Assembly: GCF_035594765.1 (NCBI RefSeq)
Contig: NC_085842.1
Location: 167,537,036 to 167,601,035 of the forward strand
Reading direction: 5' to 3'
DNA from: Anolis carolinensis
Lineage: Eukaryota
DNA: 64,000 nucleotides
The position numbers and the translations under genes were made by a program. A model generated the notes under the pieces. The model had not been told where the DNA came from. It saw nothing but the letters and a program-made list of their open reading frames with translations, and ran no database searches. Position 1 is the first letter of the stretch. Each line of letters begins with the position of its first letter. Shown here piece by piece: positions 50,543 to 63,488 of this stretch.

Positions 50543-51159
50543 ACCCATTGATTCATTCATAAATCCACTCAGCAGCCCCTTGTTTGTGGCTCAGACCGCC
50601 CCTCGCTCCTGATTGGTTGAGAAGCCAGAGCGCTGCTGGCTCTATGATTGGGCGAGGCATTTGCGCCTCCGTTCCAGCTGATGAAGATGACCAATCAGCA
50701 TGAAGCCAGCTGAGGGGGGCGGAATGGGAAATTCAAACCTTGCCGCCCCATTTCTTTGCTATAAAGTGTGCTGTATTCCGTTGTATGCCATGTCGGCTTG
50801 TCGAATGATCACGGTTTGACATCCTATCCAGCTGGATCGCATTAAACATCTCGGTGCTCTTTCTTCAGCCTATGGTGAGATTTATTTGGGAACTGGGAAA
50901 TTCTGATTCTAGCGGCTCTCTCCTTCTCGCCAGAGGTAACAAGCCCTTTTGGGGGGTCTCAGGTCTCTCTCTCTCCATTGGGAGAGGACCTCCAAATTCT
51001 AGTTCAATTTCAGTAATTACTGTATTTACGAATTTAGCACGAAAACATTGCACTGTATTGAAAACATTGACTACAAAAACATTGACTACTAAAAGGCAGA
51101 CTGCACTAGATAATACAGAACATTGGATGAGGGAAGGTTGGATAAGCGAGACTCTACTG
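48591..51159. mobile_element. Tc1/pogo-like MITE split by an LTR insertion (halves 48591-48791 and 51013-51159)
   Basis: The halves rejoin to the MITE seen elsewhere in the window; TA flanks. Confidence 0.8.
48792..51012 (+). mobile_element. 2.2-kb ERV (class I-like) solo LTR
   Basis: TG...CA termini, 4-bp TSD GTAA, CCAAT boxes at 50611-50696, GC box, TATAAA at 50760, ATTAAA at 50841; nested L2-type tail ~50310-50540. Confidence 0.75.
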
Positions 51160-51819
51160 TATATTTATAGTATGGATAGACAGATAGATTCAGCAGTATA
51201 AGTATCATTATACAATTTCTAAAGTTCAGTAATTTTTAACTATATCACTTATACCAACAATACTCGCATGAAATAACCATAAAATTAAAAAAATTAAAAA
51301 AACAACATTTTAAAAGACATATGATACAAAATATTATCAGCATTATCACTCTGCTCACTTCTTACCTTAAACAGCATCTATATTTTACCTTACTATCGAA
51401 CAAAATAACTTGTTCAATTTCTGTCAATTTGGGAACGTTTCTAATTCAGTTTTCTTTTGAAATTGGTTCCTTATTTTGTCCATTGTTTTGCCTATTGAGA
51501 AGTGTTCTCGAACTAAATGAAGTCTTTGAGAAGTCTTCAAGGGCAGCCCTGTAGCGGCCGTGTCTCAAGATGGAGCACAGGACTGGTGCTTTTCCTCCAA
51601 GGTTTGCCCTGGGAGCCCTTGGGCGACTGAGGAAGACTGATTTCGCAGTGACACCACAATGGCCTGGGCCAGGCAGTTGAGCTCAGTGGCTACCATGGCA
51701 ACCATCTCCTTGACTTCCATTTTGTGAGCCGTAGTGACCAATCCCATACATTCAGAAAGCAAGAAAATGGCTGCCTGAGACAGAAGAACAAATGATACCT
51801 CCATTGCAAAAGTCAAAGT

Positions 51820-52090
51820 AAAAAAGGTAAAGGTTTTCCCCTGACAGTAAGTCTAGTCGTGTTCGCCTCTGGGGGTTGGTGCTCATCTCCATTTCTAAGC
51901 TAAAGAGCCGGCGTTGTCTGTAGACGCCTCCAGGGTCATGTGGCTGGCATGACTGCATGGAACGCCGTTACCTTCCCGCCGGAGCAGTACCTATTGATCT
52001 ACTCACATTTACATGTTTTTGAACTGCTAGGTTGGTAGAAGCTGGAGCTGACAGAGGGAGCTCACTCTGCTTCCTGGATTCAAACCGCCA
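51820..52090 (-). mobile_element. Sauria SINE
   Basis: (ACCTTT)-type tail (aaaaggtaaaggt on the + strand) and characteristic body. Confidence 0.8.
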
Positions 52091-52589
52091 AAAGTTTTAG
52101 AAGCACCTCAACTCAATTCTTGGCATTTTTTTTACAAAGCAGCCACAATTAGATAAATGGTAATTTGTTGCCTATTTCATGATATGGTAGAATCTCAGCT
52201 AAGTGGCACACATGGAGGTTGGCAGAGATCAATGAAATAGTAACAGGGTGGAAATATTCCACAGCATTGAGACATGGGAGTGCTCTGGTTTTTTGAATTA
52301 GTTTTAATGTTTTTTAACTGGAAAATCTTTAATACTATTTATATTTAATCCTGTTTTAATGTTCATATATTCGTATATTTTAAATGTCTATGCTGATGTT
52401 TTTATGTTAAGTAGCTTTGAGTCCCCTTCAGAGGAGATAAAGCAGGGTATAAATAAATATAAAAACATGTTGGATAAATGTAGCTTCTGTATACTTGAGA
52501 GTCAGGTGCTATCATTTCTATTAAAAATCAGCCTAATACTAGATAACATATATGTCAACCTCAAGTCCTGTAGGCCAAATCTGGCCTAC

Positions 52590-53115
52590 CATGTCATTTA
52601 CATGGAGCCGCTGAGAAAAATCATCCACAGGCATGGGTCAGGGTATTATCAGTATTCTGATGACACCCAGATACATTTCTCCATGCCTTCCAAAACAGCC
52701 TCTGCTAAGAATAATGTGCCTTCTCCGAATGAATGCCTGGAGGAGGTAATGGGCTGGATGAGGAAAAACAAATTTAAACTGAATCCAGACAAGTCAGAGG
52801 AGTGTGTCATCAAGGGTACTAATCTGGGGATGGAGGTGTGTCATCCGGTTCTGGATGGGGTTACAATCCCCTTGAAAGACTATGCTCGCAGCTTGGGAAT
52901 GCTCCTGGATCCATCACTCCAAATGTCAGCCCAGGTAGATGAAACGATCCGGAGTGCTTGCTACTAGCTTCATCCCTTCTTATATTTGGAAGACCTGAAG
53001 ATGGTAGTGCATGTGCTGGTAACCTCATGGTTGGCCTTCTGCAATGTGCTTTACATTGGGCTACCCTTGTATCAAGTTTGGAAACTCCATCTGGTTCAAA
53101 ATACGGCAGCCAGGT
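52590..53115 (+). mobile_element. L2 LINE RT fragment
   Basis: YHQYADDTQ-like (YYQYSDDTQ), CLEEVMGWMRKNKFKLNPDKSE. Confidence 0.8.
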
Positions 53116-53204
53116 TCCCTCGATATCTACAGACCCTTTTATGTGTGTGTGCATTTGCTATATTATATTTTATGTCTCAATATAAACTCCTTTTGGAGAA
53201 AGGA

Positions 53205-53675
53205 CCAGGCATTAACACAGCTGGTTAATCACCACAGCCATAGATTATTTCCAACTGGAAGGTTGAGAGTTTGAAGCCTGAGTTAGAGTGAACACCTGAC
53301 TGTCAGCCCAGCTCACTGTTCACCTAAGCAGTTTGAAAAAAGCTAAGCTGTGAGTAGAGAAATTAGGCACCGCTTAAGCCGGGAGGTATTTTACGGCACC
53401 ATAAAAAAATGCCAGTGATCAAAGAACAAGGCAGAAAAATTCTGCGGTCAAAGGACTCATCATCATAATGGATGGGGCAACAGCACCCCCTGTGGCCAGA
53501 ATTGAGCAAAACCTGCAGGCACCGAAGTTGGAAAAAATTGCAATATACCTCTATCTGTTTGTCTGTCCTGTATGTCTAACGGCATTTAATGTTTATTGTG
53601 TATGTGTGTGTTGTGATCCTCCTCAAGTCCCCTTCGGGGTGTGAAGGGTGAAATATAAATGCTGTAAATAAATAA
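53205..53675 (+). mobile_element. tRNA-like SINE with L2-type tail
   Basis: Homologous to 5105-5505. Confidence 0.6.
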
Positions 53676-53752
53676 GAATGCCACCTAACAATACTTCTAG
53701 CTGACCTTTTGCCAGCACCTCATGCTCTGGGAAGTCCATCCAGCTGTCTTCC

Positions 53753-54620
53753 TGTCACAACCCAGGCTACGGAGCACCAATAACCATGCGCAGAGACCAG
53801 AATCTATCTAATATCTTTATTAATGGAATATATAAAGTCAATAAAAACAGGTGAAGAATAAAGTTCAGAAGTAGACCTTTCAGGAAAGGTCAAATATAGT
53901 CCAGAAAAGCAATGTCCAATATGTGATATTACAGTCCAAAGTTATAATCCAATAACCGAAACACACGCTTTGCCAAGCAAAGTGTGGGGAAATGACAAGG
54001 TCCTTTAGTCCAATGGAGCTTGACAACAAGGCTGGAAAACAAACTAGATTCTTGGCAAACAAGACTTGATACGAGGCAACAAGAAGCAAGAAGCAAGAAC
54101 AAGGTCCGTGGCGAGGTCCGAAGAACAAGGCAGGCTTGGAACTAGAACAAGGTCCTGGAAACAAGGAACTGGAGTTGCGTAGTCCACACACGATCTTACT
54201 CCCGAAGCTGACGAATTGACTCCGCAAGGATCTCCTTGCGGTAAAACAGCTATATAGGATCTTGTTTTCCCGCCAAGGAACACTTTCCCTGGGGAACAAG
54301 AAGTGAAACCCAAGCTGTGTCCAGATGCATGACTCCTTAAGATTTCCCAAGGGAAACAGGCTTAATCAGCTAATTGTCTGGCAGCGATTCTGGCGCTTCG
54401 GCGATTCGCCTCCCTAGCGCCTCTATCTCGATTATAATTATCCCGGCGAGAGAACGGGGGAGAATTCTGCCCAAGGCTTGTTTGACTGACTTCTTGAGGG
54501 CAAACATCCTGCAGGTGCAGGGGCTCCGATTCTGGCTGAATCGGTGGGAAACCAAAGTTTTCCTCTTTGTCCGCCACAATAGCACTAGGAACGGGACTAC
54601 ATGGCCCATGAGACATCACA
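53753..54620 (-). mobile_element. Solo LTR (Gypsy-like), copy B
   Basis: TGTGATG...GTGACA on the - strand, perfect TSD CTTCC (53748-53752, 54621-54625). Confidence 0.9.
54362..54616 (-). CDS. LTR-encoded 84-aa frame ending RRSARIAARQLAD
   Basis: Homologue of the 688-963 frame. Confidence 0.55.
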   Translation of the reverse strand: MSHGPCSPVPSAIVADKEENFGFPPIQPESEPLHLQDVCPQEVSQTSLGQNSPPFSRRDNYNRDRGAREANRRSARIAARQLAD

Positions 54621-54662
54621 CTTCCTGGGCTTCATCTACAAATGAAGGACTCAATCACACAT

Positions 54663-55031
54663 CAGAGCCGTCCCTAGAGTAGGCAGAGAATTTTTGTTCC
54701 CCCCCCCCCCAAATTTTTGCGCCCCCTCCCCAAACTATGTTGTGTGGCTCCGCCCAGCGCATCGCATGGCTCTGTCCACCACGTCACATGGCTTCCTGCC
54801 TTCCTGGTCCTTCTCGCTGCAACCTGGCCCTTGCCTCGGCCGCCATCCAGCCCACGCGGCTTGGCTCCACCTACCATGCCGCACAGCTGCACTCACTACA
54901 TCGCGCGGCGTTGTCCTTCCCGCTGCAGCATGGATCTTGCCGCCATGCGGGACGATGGCTGGGACGATGGCGCCCGGGATGATGGCGCCACAGGCAAATG
55001 CCTCCCTCACCTGGTGGGTGGACCGCCTCTG
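54663..55031. mobile_element. GC-rich hAT-like non-autonomous element
   Basis: Imperfect TIRs cagagccgtcc / ggaccgcctctg; no clear TSD. Confidence 0.45.
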
Positions 55032-55849
55032 TTTTCAGGCCAGTCTATCTCTATTGGCCCCATAGATCCTAACTGGGCAGAGGACAACAGGATCTATTTG
55101 CAGGGCTGCCGTACTTTGTCTCAGTCACCTGGACATGATAATGCCAATCATAATCTGGTATGACTACCAGTACACCAACAACATTGACATTTCCCCTTTT
55201 CCAGGAACAAACCTCTTAATCCTATCAGCATGGACAACATCTCTGCTTTTGGACTCACTGGACACTGGACCCATTCGTTTGGGACTCATATGGCTATTAT
55301 CTTTTACAATAAAATGTCTGGGACCTGATGGCCCCTTTTGTTTGTCCCTCAACTGGGACCCGATAATCTACTCAAGACTCATCATCTTTCCTTTGTCTCC
55401 TGGCCTCTTCTGCCACTTGTCTGCCATTGGAGAGTGGGAATTTGCATTAGGAGCAGGGAATGTTCTTCCATTGGCCGGCGGGCGCCGCAGTCCTGCTTCT
55501 ACAGGGAATCCTCCTTCAGCTGTTTTGTGACATCACCAGCACGTAGCCAATCACAGTAAAGCCGGCTCCAGCTGGATAGGAGCAGGAATTTCAAAGGGTT
55601 TTACTGTATAAAAGTGTATGTTTTGAACTGTATGGTATCTCAACTTACTTTTGCGGATTACCGCTAGCTGGCATCACTTCAGTTGACTTGAATAAAATAC
55701 CGTGGTGGCTTTGTCTTCAACTTGGTGAAATTTATTTGGGAATATTGGATTCTAGCTTCTTCATCTCGCCAGACACATGGATGGAGGCCTGCGGCTGAAT
55801 CATCCGCTTATTGGGGCTTGGTATCTGTACTTCAGGTTTCGCTATTTCA
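55032..55849 (+). mobile_element. ERV-like LTR fragment related at its 3' end to 48792-51012
   Basis: CCAAT, TATAAAA near 55607, AATAAA near 55691; shared ggtga(a/g)atttatttgggaa...gattctagc...tctcgccaga; ends atttca; 5' boundary uncertain. Confidence 0.6.
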
Positions 55850-58410
55850 CTATCCGCAGTTGCTTTAAATTGCTCTATTTTGATACCACTCCTGTATTTC
55901 TCACTATTGGGCATCATGACTAGAGCTGATGATTGTTGTGACACAGTAACATGTGGAAGATTGCAGTTTCCTCTGTTTAGCCAGGATAGTGGGGTTTGGA
56001 TTTAGATACAAGGCTCGTGGATATGTCTGTCTGAATTTAGCCTTTCCCCAACCACAAACCCACAGGTGCTCTTGGGTTGCAATTTCCATTATCCAAGTGT
56101 TGTCAAGCCACCACACATCCCTCCCAAATTAATTTAGACATTTGAAGGACTTCGCACAGAGTATAAGAGGACATGTTTTACATTGGTTTAATTATGCTGT
56201 AGTTTATTGTATGTTGAAACTGGGCTTGTCCCCATGTGAGCCGCCCTGAGTTCCCTCTGGGGAGATGGGAGCGGGATATAAAAATAAAGTTATTATAAGA
56301 TCTTATTTTTATTTTTTAGCTGTTTCTCCTCTATCAAAGTTTTGCTGTTTTAAGCCATTGAAAGCTCCAGGAGGACCATAAAGTTATTTTCAAGGACCTA
56401 GAAATCCCTAGAAAGGTATACACCTAAACCTAAGAACTTCCTGACAGTAAGAGCTGTTTGTAGTGGAATGTATTGTCTGGGAGTGTGGTGGAATCTCTGC
56501 CTCTGGAAGAGAAGCCTCCCACAAAGATGGTAAAAATATATAAACATTTGAGCCTCCCCTGGGCAACGTCCTTGCAGACGGCCAATTCTCTCACATCAGA
56601 AGTGACTTGCAGTTTCTCAATGTGGGAACCAGTTAAGAACTATTTAGAGAATGTACTAAGATGTGGAGTGGAAAAATTAAGATTGAGATTGATATTTCAA
56701 ATGTAACTTCTGTAGTTTGTTGTATAAAGTGTATGTACAAGGAGGGGAGGGCGGGAGGGTGGGAGTGGGATAAAACAACAATAAATACAAATTTTAAAAA
56801 GTTTTTAAAAAGTCACTCTTGACACAAAAAAAGAGCGGAGGCTGGGTGGCCATTTGTTGGGGGGTGCTTTGATTGTGTGTTCCTGAATGGTAGGGGGTTG
56901 GACTGAGTGGCCCTTGGGGTCTCTACCAACTTAATGATTCTGTGATTCTCCAAGGCAACTCTGTGGTAATTTCCAAAGGAAGTATACCATGGAATCACCA
57001 GGAGGACATAGCAAATTCCTACAGAAATCATTTCTCCCCTTGATGTAGTTAAGTAAAACTGCAGATATGGATTCCTTAGTTACAGAAATCTTATTGTACT
57101 GAAATCACTTTTCAGAACAACATTTGCAAAAAGTTATGCAGGAAAAGCTCGGCTTCACAACTCCTGGCACCTCAATCTGGGACATTCTTTGGGGACCAAA
57201 TTTGCTCTTTGTCAACATCAGACAGAACTTGATTTACAAGCCTCCTGGTGTGTCAATTGGTGCCCCATGAGATAACCTACTACAGGATAGAGGATGAATG
57301 GGACCACATTACCCTTCCTGAGACCAGCCTGGCTCCACTCCCCCCAGGAAGCCTGTTGATCCTCCTTCTAACTTGGCTGAACTATAAACGTTTCCAGGTC
57401 AGGCCTGGCTCATTGCCCAGACAACTGTCAGACTCCAGTTTTGCTTGTTTGGCTCCCAGCCTTGCTCTAGATGTCAGCATCTTCCTCCTTTACAAATCCT
57501 AGAAGTTACAAGCTGGAAGTAACACAAGACTTTGGAGAATGGATTGTTCTTTTGTTTCTACTCCTGTTAAGGACAAAATGAATTCTGCCACCCTTGGTCT
57601 GATAGTGCCTTCATTGGGCCAATCAGAAAAAGCACAAAATTATCTGTGTAATGAAGTTACATTACAGAAATGACACAAGGAAAGAAATATACAAAGGTGT
57701 GTGTTATAAATAAATCTTTGCAGCCATTTTCCCTGTCAGGGGACTTCAAAAAAGGTCCCTTTAGAGGGATTTTAAGTGGAATCTTTCAAATGTTATACCA
57801 TTGTCTTATTACATCATTGTATTTATTCCCATACTAAAAATTAACAAAAAAAGTAACAAAAAGCAACAAGTAGTAAAATAGGATGAGGTGACTACTGCCT
57901 TCTGTCTTACCAGGCACTATCATCTTTTCTAGTGAGCCATGCCTTTTCACGATATGACCAAAGCATGACAGCCTCTGTTTAATCAACTTGGCTTCTAGGG
58001 ATTGTTCAGTCTTGCTTTGTTGTATGACCTATTTTCTGGTCTTTTTAGTAATCTATTGTTAGCTCCAAGACCAAATTTTCTTACAGTCATTGATTCTGCT
58101 CTTTCCTACTTTTGCATTTGAATCACCTAAGAAGTCCTTTCTGGGTGTCTGATCATTGTGTTCCTGGAATCCAACACGGAATCTCCTGTCTCTGTAGTTG
58201 GAGAATCAACTTGGAAGATATTATTGATGTCTTAGTTATATTATTCAGGCAGACTTTGGATTGTAGCTTTTGAAGGCTTTTGCTACATCTCTCCTCACTC
58301 TTGGTTACCCCCATTTATTAGATTTTCATTTTTCAAGTAAAACACTATTATCTGACTCTAAAGGCATCATTCATGTCCACATTAGCCCATTCACCCTTAG
58401 TACTGTAGTA

Positions 58411-58720
58411 CAGTAAAGGCTCACTTATCCAACACTCGCTTATCCAATGTTCTGGATTATCCAACACATTTTTGTAGTCAATGTTTTCAATATATTGTGA
58501 TATTTTGGTGCTAAATTTGTAAATACAGTAATTACAACATAACATTACTGCGTACTGAACTACGTTTTCTGTCAAATTTGTTGTATAACATGATGTTTTG
58601 GTGCTTAATTTGTAAAATCATAACCTATTTTGATGTTTAATAGGCTTTTTTTTTATCCAACATATTCACTTATCCAACATTCTGCCGGCCCGTTTATGTT
58701 GAATAAGTGAGACTCTACTG
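58411..58720. mobile_element. Tc1/pogo-like MITE
   Basis: TIRs with TA flanks. Confidence 0.85.
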
Positions 58721-59557
58721 TATTTGTAATTATATTTCCTGTTTTACAACAGCTTGCTTTCCCTGATTCATGTGTCTCGTATAATATGTACTGTGCTGCT
58801 TTGAACTATCCTTTCACCTATGAGCATATCAACAGCTCCTTTTGATTTGAGTCCGATTGCATCATTGGACACAGCGCTATTCGTAGTAGTCCTCTGCTGG
58901 ACTCCATTAGCTTGTTGAATGCCTTCAATCTAGAAGTCCAATCTTCTAGTACCATATCTTCTTTCATTTTGGATTGTCTCATCATAGTGTTTTCCTGTAC
59001 AAGACATTCAGAAGTGGTATACCAGTGTCTCCTTCTGTGCAGTTGTTAATATATGTTAGCTATGATGCCACTGTCATTGTATCTGAGATGTCTTTGGCTA
59101 ATGTCAACTCCCAATGATTGCTGATTCCCAGTAGCTATTTGGCATATTTAGTTTGGCTCCTCAGCAAAAAAACCTGTCTGACATGAAACACCCTACTAGC
59201 AGCAGTTCATAGAAGCATGCAATTCTGCCACCACAGAAAGGAAGTGTCATTGCAACATGTGCATTTGCCTACTCCATAGTGGTGATCTCCTGTCCATCCA
59301 TCTAATGACCTCTGTTGGGTGGAGAATCTTTAGCTTTGCTGATGGTCTCAGGCTCCATCTGGCTCATTCAAATGTTCAACAATGAGATGAAATTGGAGTT
59401 TGGCTCTCAAGTATCTGGAGGCACACAGATTCCTCATCCCTACCACAGAGAATAATTGATTTTATTTTAAATTCTTCAAGCATGAAACAGTTTGCTCTAC
59501 TCAACAGGACTGGATCCTGTGCATATATGTAGATAGGTCTTAATCAATTGATGGATT

Positions 59558-60138
59558 GGAGCCCCCGATGGCACAGTGGGTTAAACCCTTGTGCTAGCAG
59601 GACTATATCTTTAGAACTTATCACTAGAAGACTTGCCAGAAGAACGACCTGCCAGAAGAGCTCCGATAGCTAGATCAGCTGTCGGAATTTGAATACCATC
59701 TGAAGACCTATCTCTTACCCAGGCTTACCCAGCTAGTTTTAAGCATTTAAAATTAAACTCGTGTCTTGTGTGTAATCTCTGTTCTGTGTATTTTAATATG
59801 TATTTTATAGAAATATGCTTTAATATGTATCTTTCATAGAAATATATAGGAGTCCCCAGTGGCACAGAAGGTTAAACCCTTGTGCCAGCAGGACTGATGA
59901 CTTGAAGGCGGGTTTCTGACCTGAAAGTTGCCTGTTCAAATCCAACCGGGGAGAGCATGGATCAGCTCCCTCTATCAGCTCCAGCTCCATGTGGGGACAT
60001 GAGAGAAGCCTCCCGCAAGGATGGCAAAAACATCAAAACATCCGGGCGTCCTCTGGGCAACGTCCTTGCAGATGGTCAATTCTCTCACACCAGAAGAGAC
60101 CTGCAGTTTCTCAAGTTGCTCCTGACACACACAAAAAA
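59558..60138 (+). mobile_element. Composite: SINE head (59558-59603) + L2 fragment (59604-59848) + full SINE (59849-60138)
   Basis: Collinear with 34182-34713; possible TSD attgatggat. Confidence 0.75.
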
Positions 60139-61272
60139 TGAATGGATTGATGGATGGATAGATAGATAGATTATACAAATATACGTGTGTAAGAATAAAT
60201 CTGACTTTTAAAGGAAGGGTTTTAATTTTGCTTTCAAATCATCTTTATGCGTTTTTATTTCTGAAACTCTCTATTTGCCTTTGAGCAGCCCTGCATCTAC
60301 CTGTGACAAACAGCCATTCCCCTTTGCTTGGCAGCGAGAAACCAGTCAATGGTGTTCATTAATCTGACACGTATAGAGAAAGGTAAATTTGTTTGAAAGT
60401 GTCGTCCATGAAGGCAGCCTATCCCCGGGGCCTTCTCGTTGCTAACGATCTAAAAGCTGCTGCCTAAGCAAAGCCAGAATTGCAGCTTTGCAAGTTCTTT
60501 TTTTAAAATAAATGATAGAGCAGGGGGAGACCACAAACAGCTGGTTGTAAAGGATGCTGAGCTTGATCCCTTCCAGATCAGCTCCTCAGCACGCTCCCAA
60601 CTGGTTTTCATTCAAGCAAGTAGCAGCCAAGGGCGTTTTTGGAGTCTGTGGCACAAATGACAGAAGATGGCTTCTAGGGCTGTCAACCAACCCACAGTCT
60701 TTGAGGACAATGGCAATATATTCCAGGGGAACAGAGAACGATCAGTTTTACTTTGCCGGCTGAAATTCAAGGTTTGATAATTGACTTGCTGTTTGTCAGG
60801 TTCCTTTGACTGGTAGGGAAGCTGGTTTATTCACTAAGAGAGGCAATTGTCAACTTTTTAGAAATGGTGGTTAACATTTTGGGAACGCCTAGCAGCAGGC
60901 AGGCATGCCTTCAGCCGCTTCCTCAACTAAACGACAGTTTATCTTGTAAGCAATATTCCTTGTTTGTCTAAAGCAGGGAGGAAACCATATGATCTTCCAG
61001 ATGTTGTCATATCTTCCAACATTTCACAGATGAAAACTGGGACATGTTTGGCGAAACCATATTACAGTGTGGTGAAGAGGCAAGACGTATTAAGAAGAAA
61101 AAACACAAAAATTAGGAGAGTTTGCAGCAGTTTGCTTTTGCCTGAACCTACAGGGAAGAAAAATATTTGGCTGTCTCTTCTCCCTCTGTGTTCAGTAAAA
61201 AACTATTTGTGTACTTTGAGCTCTGATTTGCAAGAAATGGTGTAGGCTGAATACAAAGAGGGAAAGTAGCAA

Positions 61273-62229
61273 TGTTAAGAACTGCGAGTTTGGAGTCCAG
61301 TATGCCTCACTTTCCAGAAGGCCAGATGAGACACAGACAGGTTGAAGGCAAACTCAGGGGCTTTATTCTCAATGGTCAGAGAGGATGTCAGCAGAGAGAG
61401 CACTTCAAAGAACCATCACAGAGCAATTGCAAATACATAGGCATATTTATAGCATTTTAAGAGCTATTTAAGACTAGCTCCTGATTGGTCCAGGAAGTGT
61501 CTGGCTAGGATCTGCTCCCTGATTGGTTCAGAGTTCTGTACAATGTCATTGCTGGTTGGTCTCTGCTGAGGCAGGAAACTTTAATAAACCATCATTGAAT
61601 TATATTGAGACTTGTGTCTATTTATTGATCCAGTCCTGTGAAGAGTGAGATTGGAAAGGAATGCAGTGGGGCAAGCAATATTGGGCAGAGATGGGTCTTG
61701 ATATTTCAGCTCTGGTTAATACAGTCCAGAGCAGTGGTTCTCAACCTGTGGGTCCCCAGATTTTTTGGCCTTTAACTCCCAGAAATCATAACAGCTGATA
61801 AACTGGCTGGCATTTCTGGGAGTTGTAGGCCAAAACACATGGGGACTCAGGTTGAGAACCACTGGTCCAAAGGGACAAAAGAGTGCTTAGGAAGTTGGCC
61901 ATTTCAATGGGAGCCCCAGGGATGGGGTCGGATTTGGTGACACGGATGAGGAAGCATTCCCAGGAATTAGTCAGATCGTACCAGGGAGAATACAGAAAAA
62001 GACCCAGAGGTTCTTGCGCAAACCAATTATATGTCCCCTGAGTCTTCTTGGTGCTTTGTGAGGGGGTTATGATAATTATGAGATTACATCCTGAAGTCCG
62101 AGGTGCATTCCAGGGCAATTAATGAAAGGTTATTATAGAACAAATGGAAAGGGCGGTGCAAGCTTGCTTTATGTCCCAATGGAGCCATGTCTCATAATTC
62201 ATAATTTTGAGGTCTAATTTTCAATAACA
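61273..62229 (-). mobile_element. Old LTR-like element with nested hAT MITE (61732-61864)
   Basis: TG/CA ends, minus-strand AATAAA, TATA and repeated CCAAT; homology to 32319-32397 and 46565-46616. Confidence 0.55.
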
Positions 62230-63488
62230 GTAGAAGAGATAAATTAGGACATTGTAAAACTAGTTGAAAAGAGGAATGGCAGAAGATTGGGCTGCAATTC
62301 CCATTATCCCTAACCAAGGATAAGGAATGTTGGGAACTGCAGTTCAATTCAATCTGGAAAGCCACGTGATTCCAGTTTCTGGTCTAAGGCAATTGGCTTT
62401 TCTTTAACAAAAAAAGGAGTTCAAAATTTTTCTGCTGATTTGTGCCAACAAGATTATTGCTCCTTCCCTCATTTTTTCATGAGCTTGAGATGACTCACAA
62501 TGTAATTAACAGTTCAGTCCTGAATAGGGTCAAAGAGTAGCCAAGCTCTGCCAGGCCAGAACATATGGAGCCAAGGATAAAGAGGCAGAAGTGTGTCTGT
62601 GTACACACGTGTGTGTTGCTGGGTCTTTCATTCTTTATATGCCAGGTTATTTTATTACAAAATTAGAAGCATCCCTGCTAAACCTTTGTGTCCATTAGAC
62701 AAAAAGCTGGCTCTGATATACAATCCCTAGATTACACACAGAGAGAAATTCACCATAAGAAATGTTTGAATTGTATGTCATTCTGAACTTTTAGAGTAGG
62801 ACAGGTCCAAAAACACACAAACAAACCAACTAACAAATTGCTATCTGCTAATCCAACAGTGAGGTTCAGAACCACATCACTACAAAGTCCCATCGGGGAG
62901 AGAGGGTGGAATATAAATAAAATGTATTATTATTATATTATAGAAAACCACTTCTCAAAGCATTTATTAATTGACAGCTCTCCCAGCTTGTTTGCAAACT
63001 TTGACACCACCACTTAGAAGGTCCTGTTAATATGTAATAGTTTGATTCCCTCTCCCCCTTTGATAATTGCTACAGTATGGACAGCAGACAATTTATAGGC
63101 AAAGCAAAGGCAGACCCACCTTTCTTCAAATAGCTGTTCTTCGTATGTGTAGAACTGCAGTCCACATCACCCACCTGGAGTGATAGGAGTTGTGGTTCCA
63201 CAAGTATTGAAGGTTTCTAGTTGAGCGAGACTACTGTACTGTACGGATCTACACAGGTGCAGTGGGATAGGTCCTTCAGAGCAGAATACACAAAGAGAGG
63301 CCCAATGAATCCCTAAATAAAGAGGGATTAATCCACCTGATTAGCAGAAGATGGAAAGTAACTTTGGCTGGAACTCTATATCAGCTTAGTTAAGTATACT
63401 AAGCATTGTTGCCTCACTTTCTGGCGGGAGAGGTGGAAACATCATTCACTCACACTCCTATCCTCAACAAAACAAACAAATAAACAAA

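Noticed and set aside
54663-55031. CpG island / promoter with several overlapping ORFs
   Set aside because: Bounded by hAT-like termini; the ORFs reflect high GC content.
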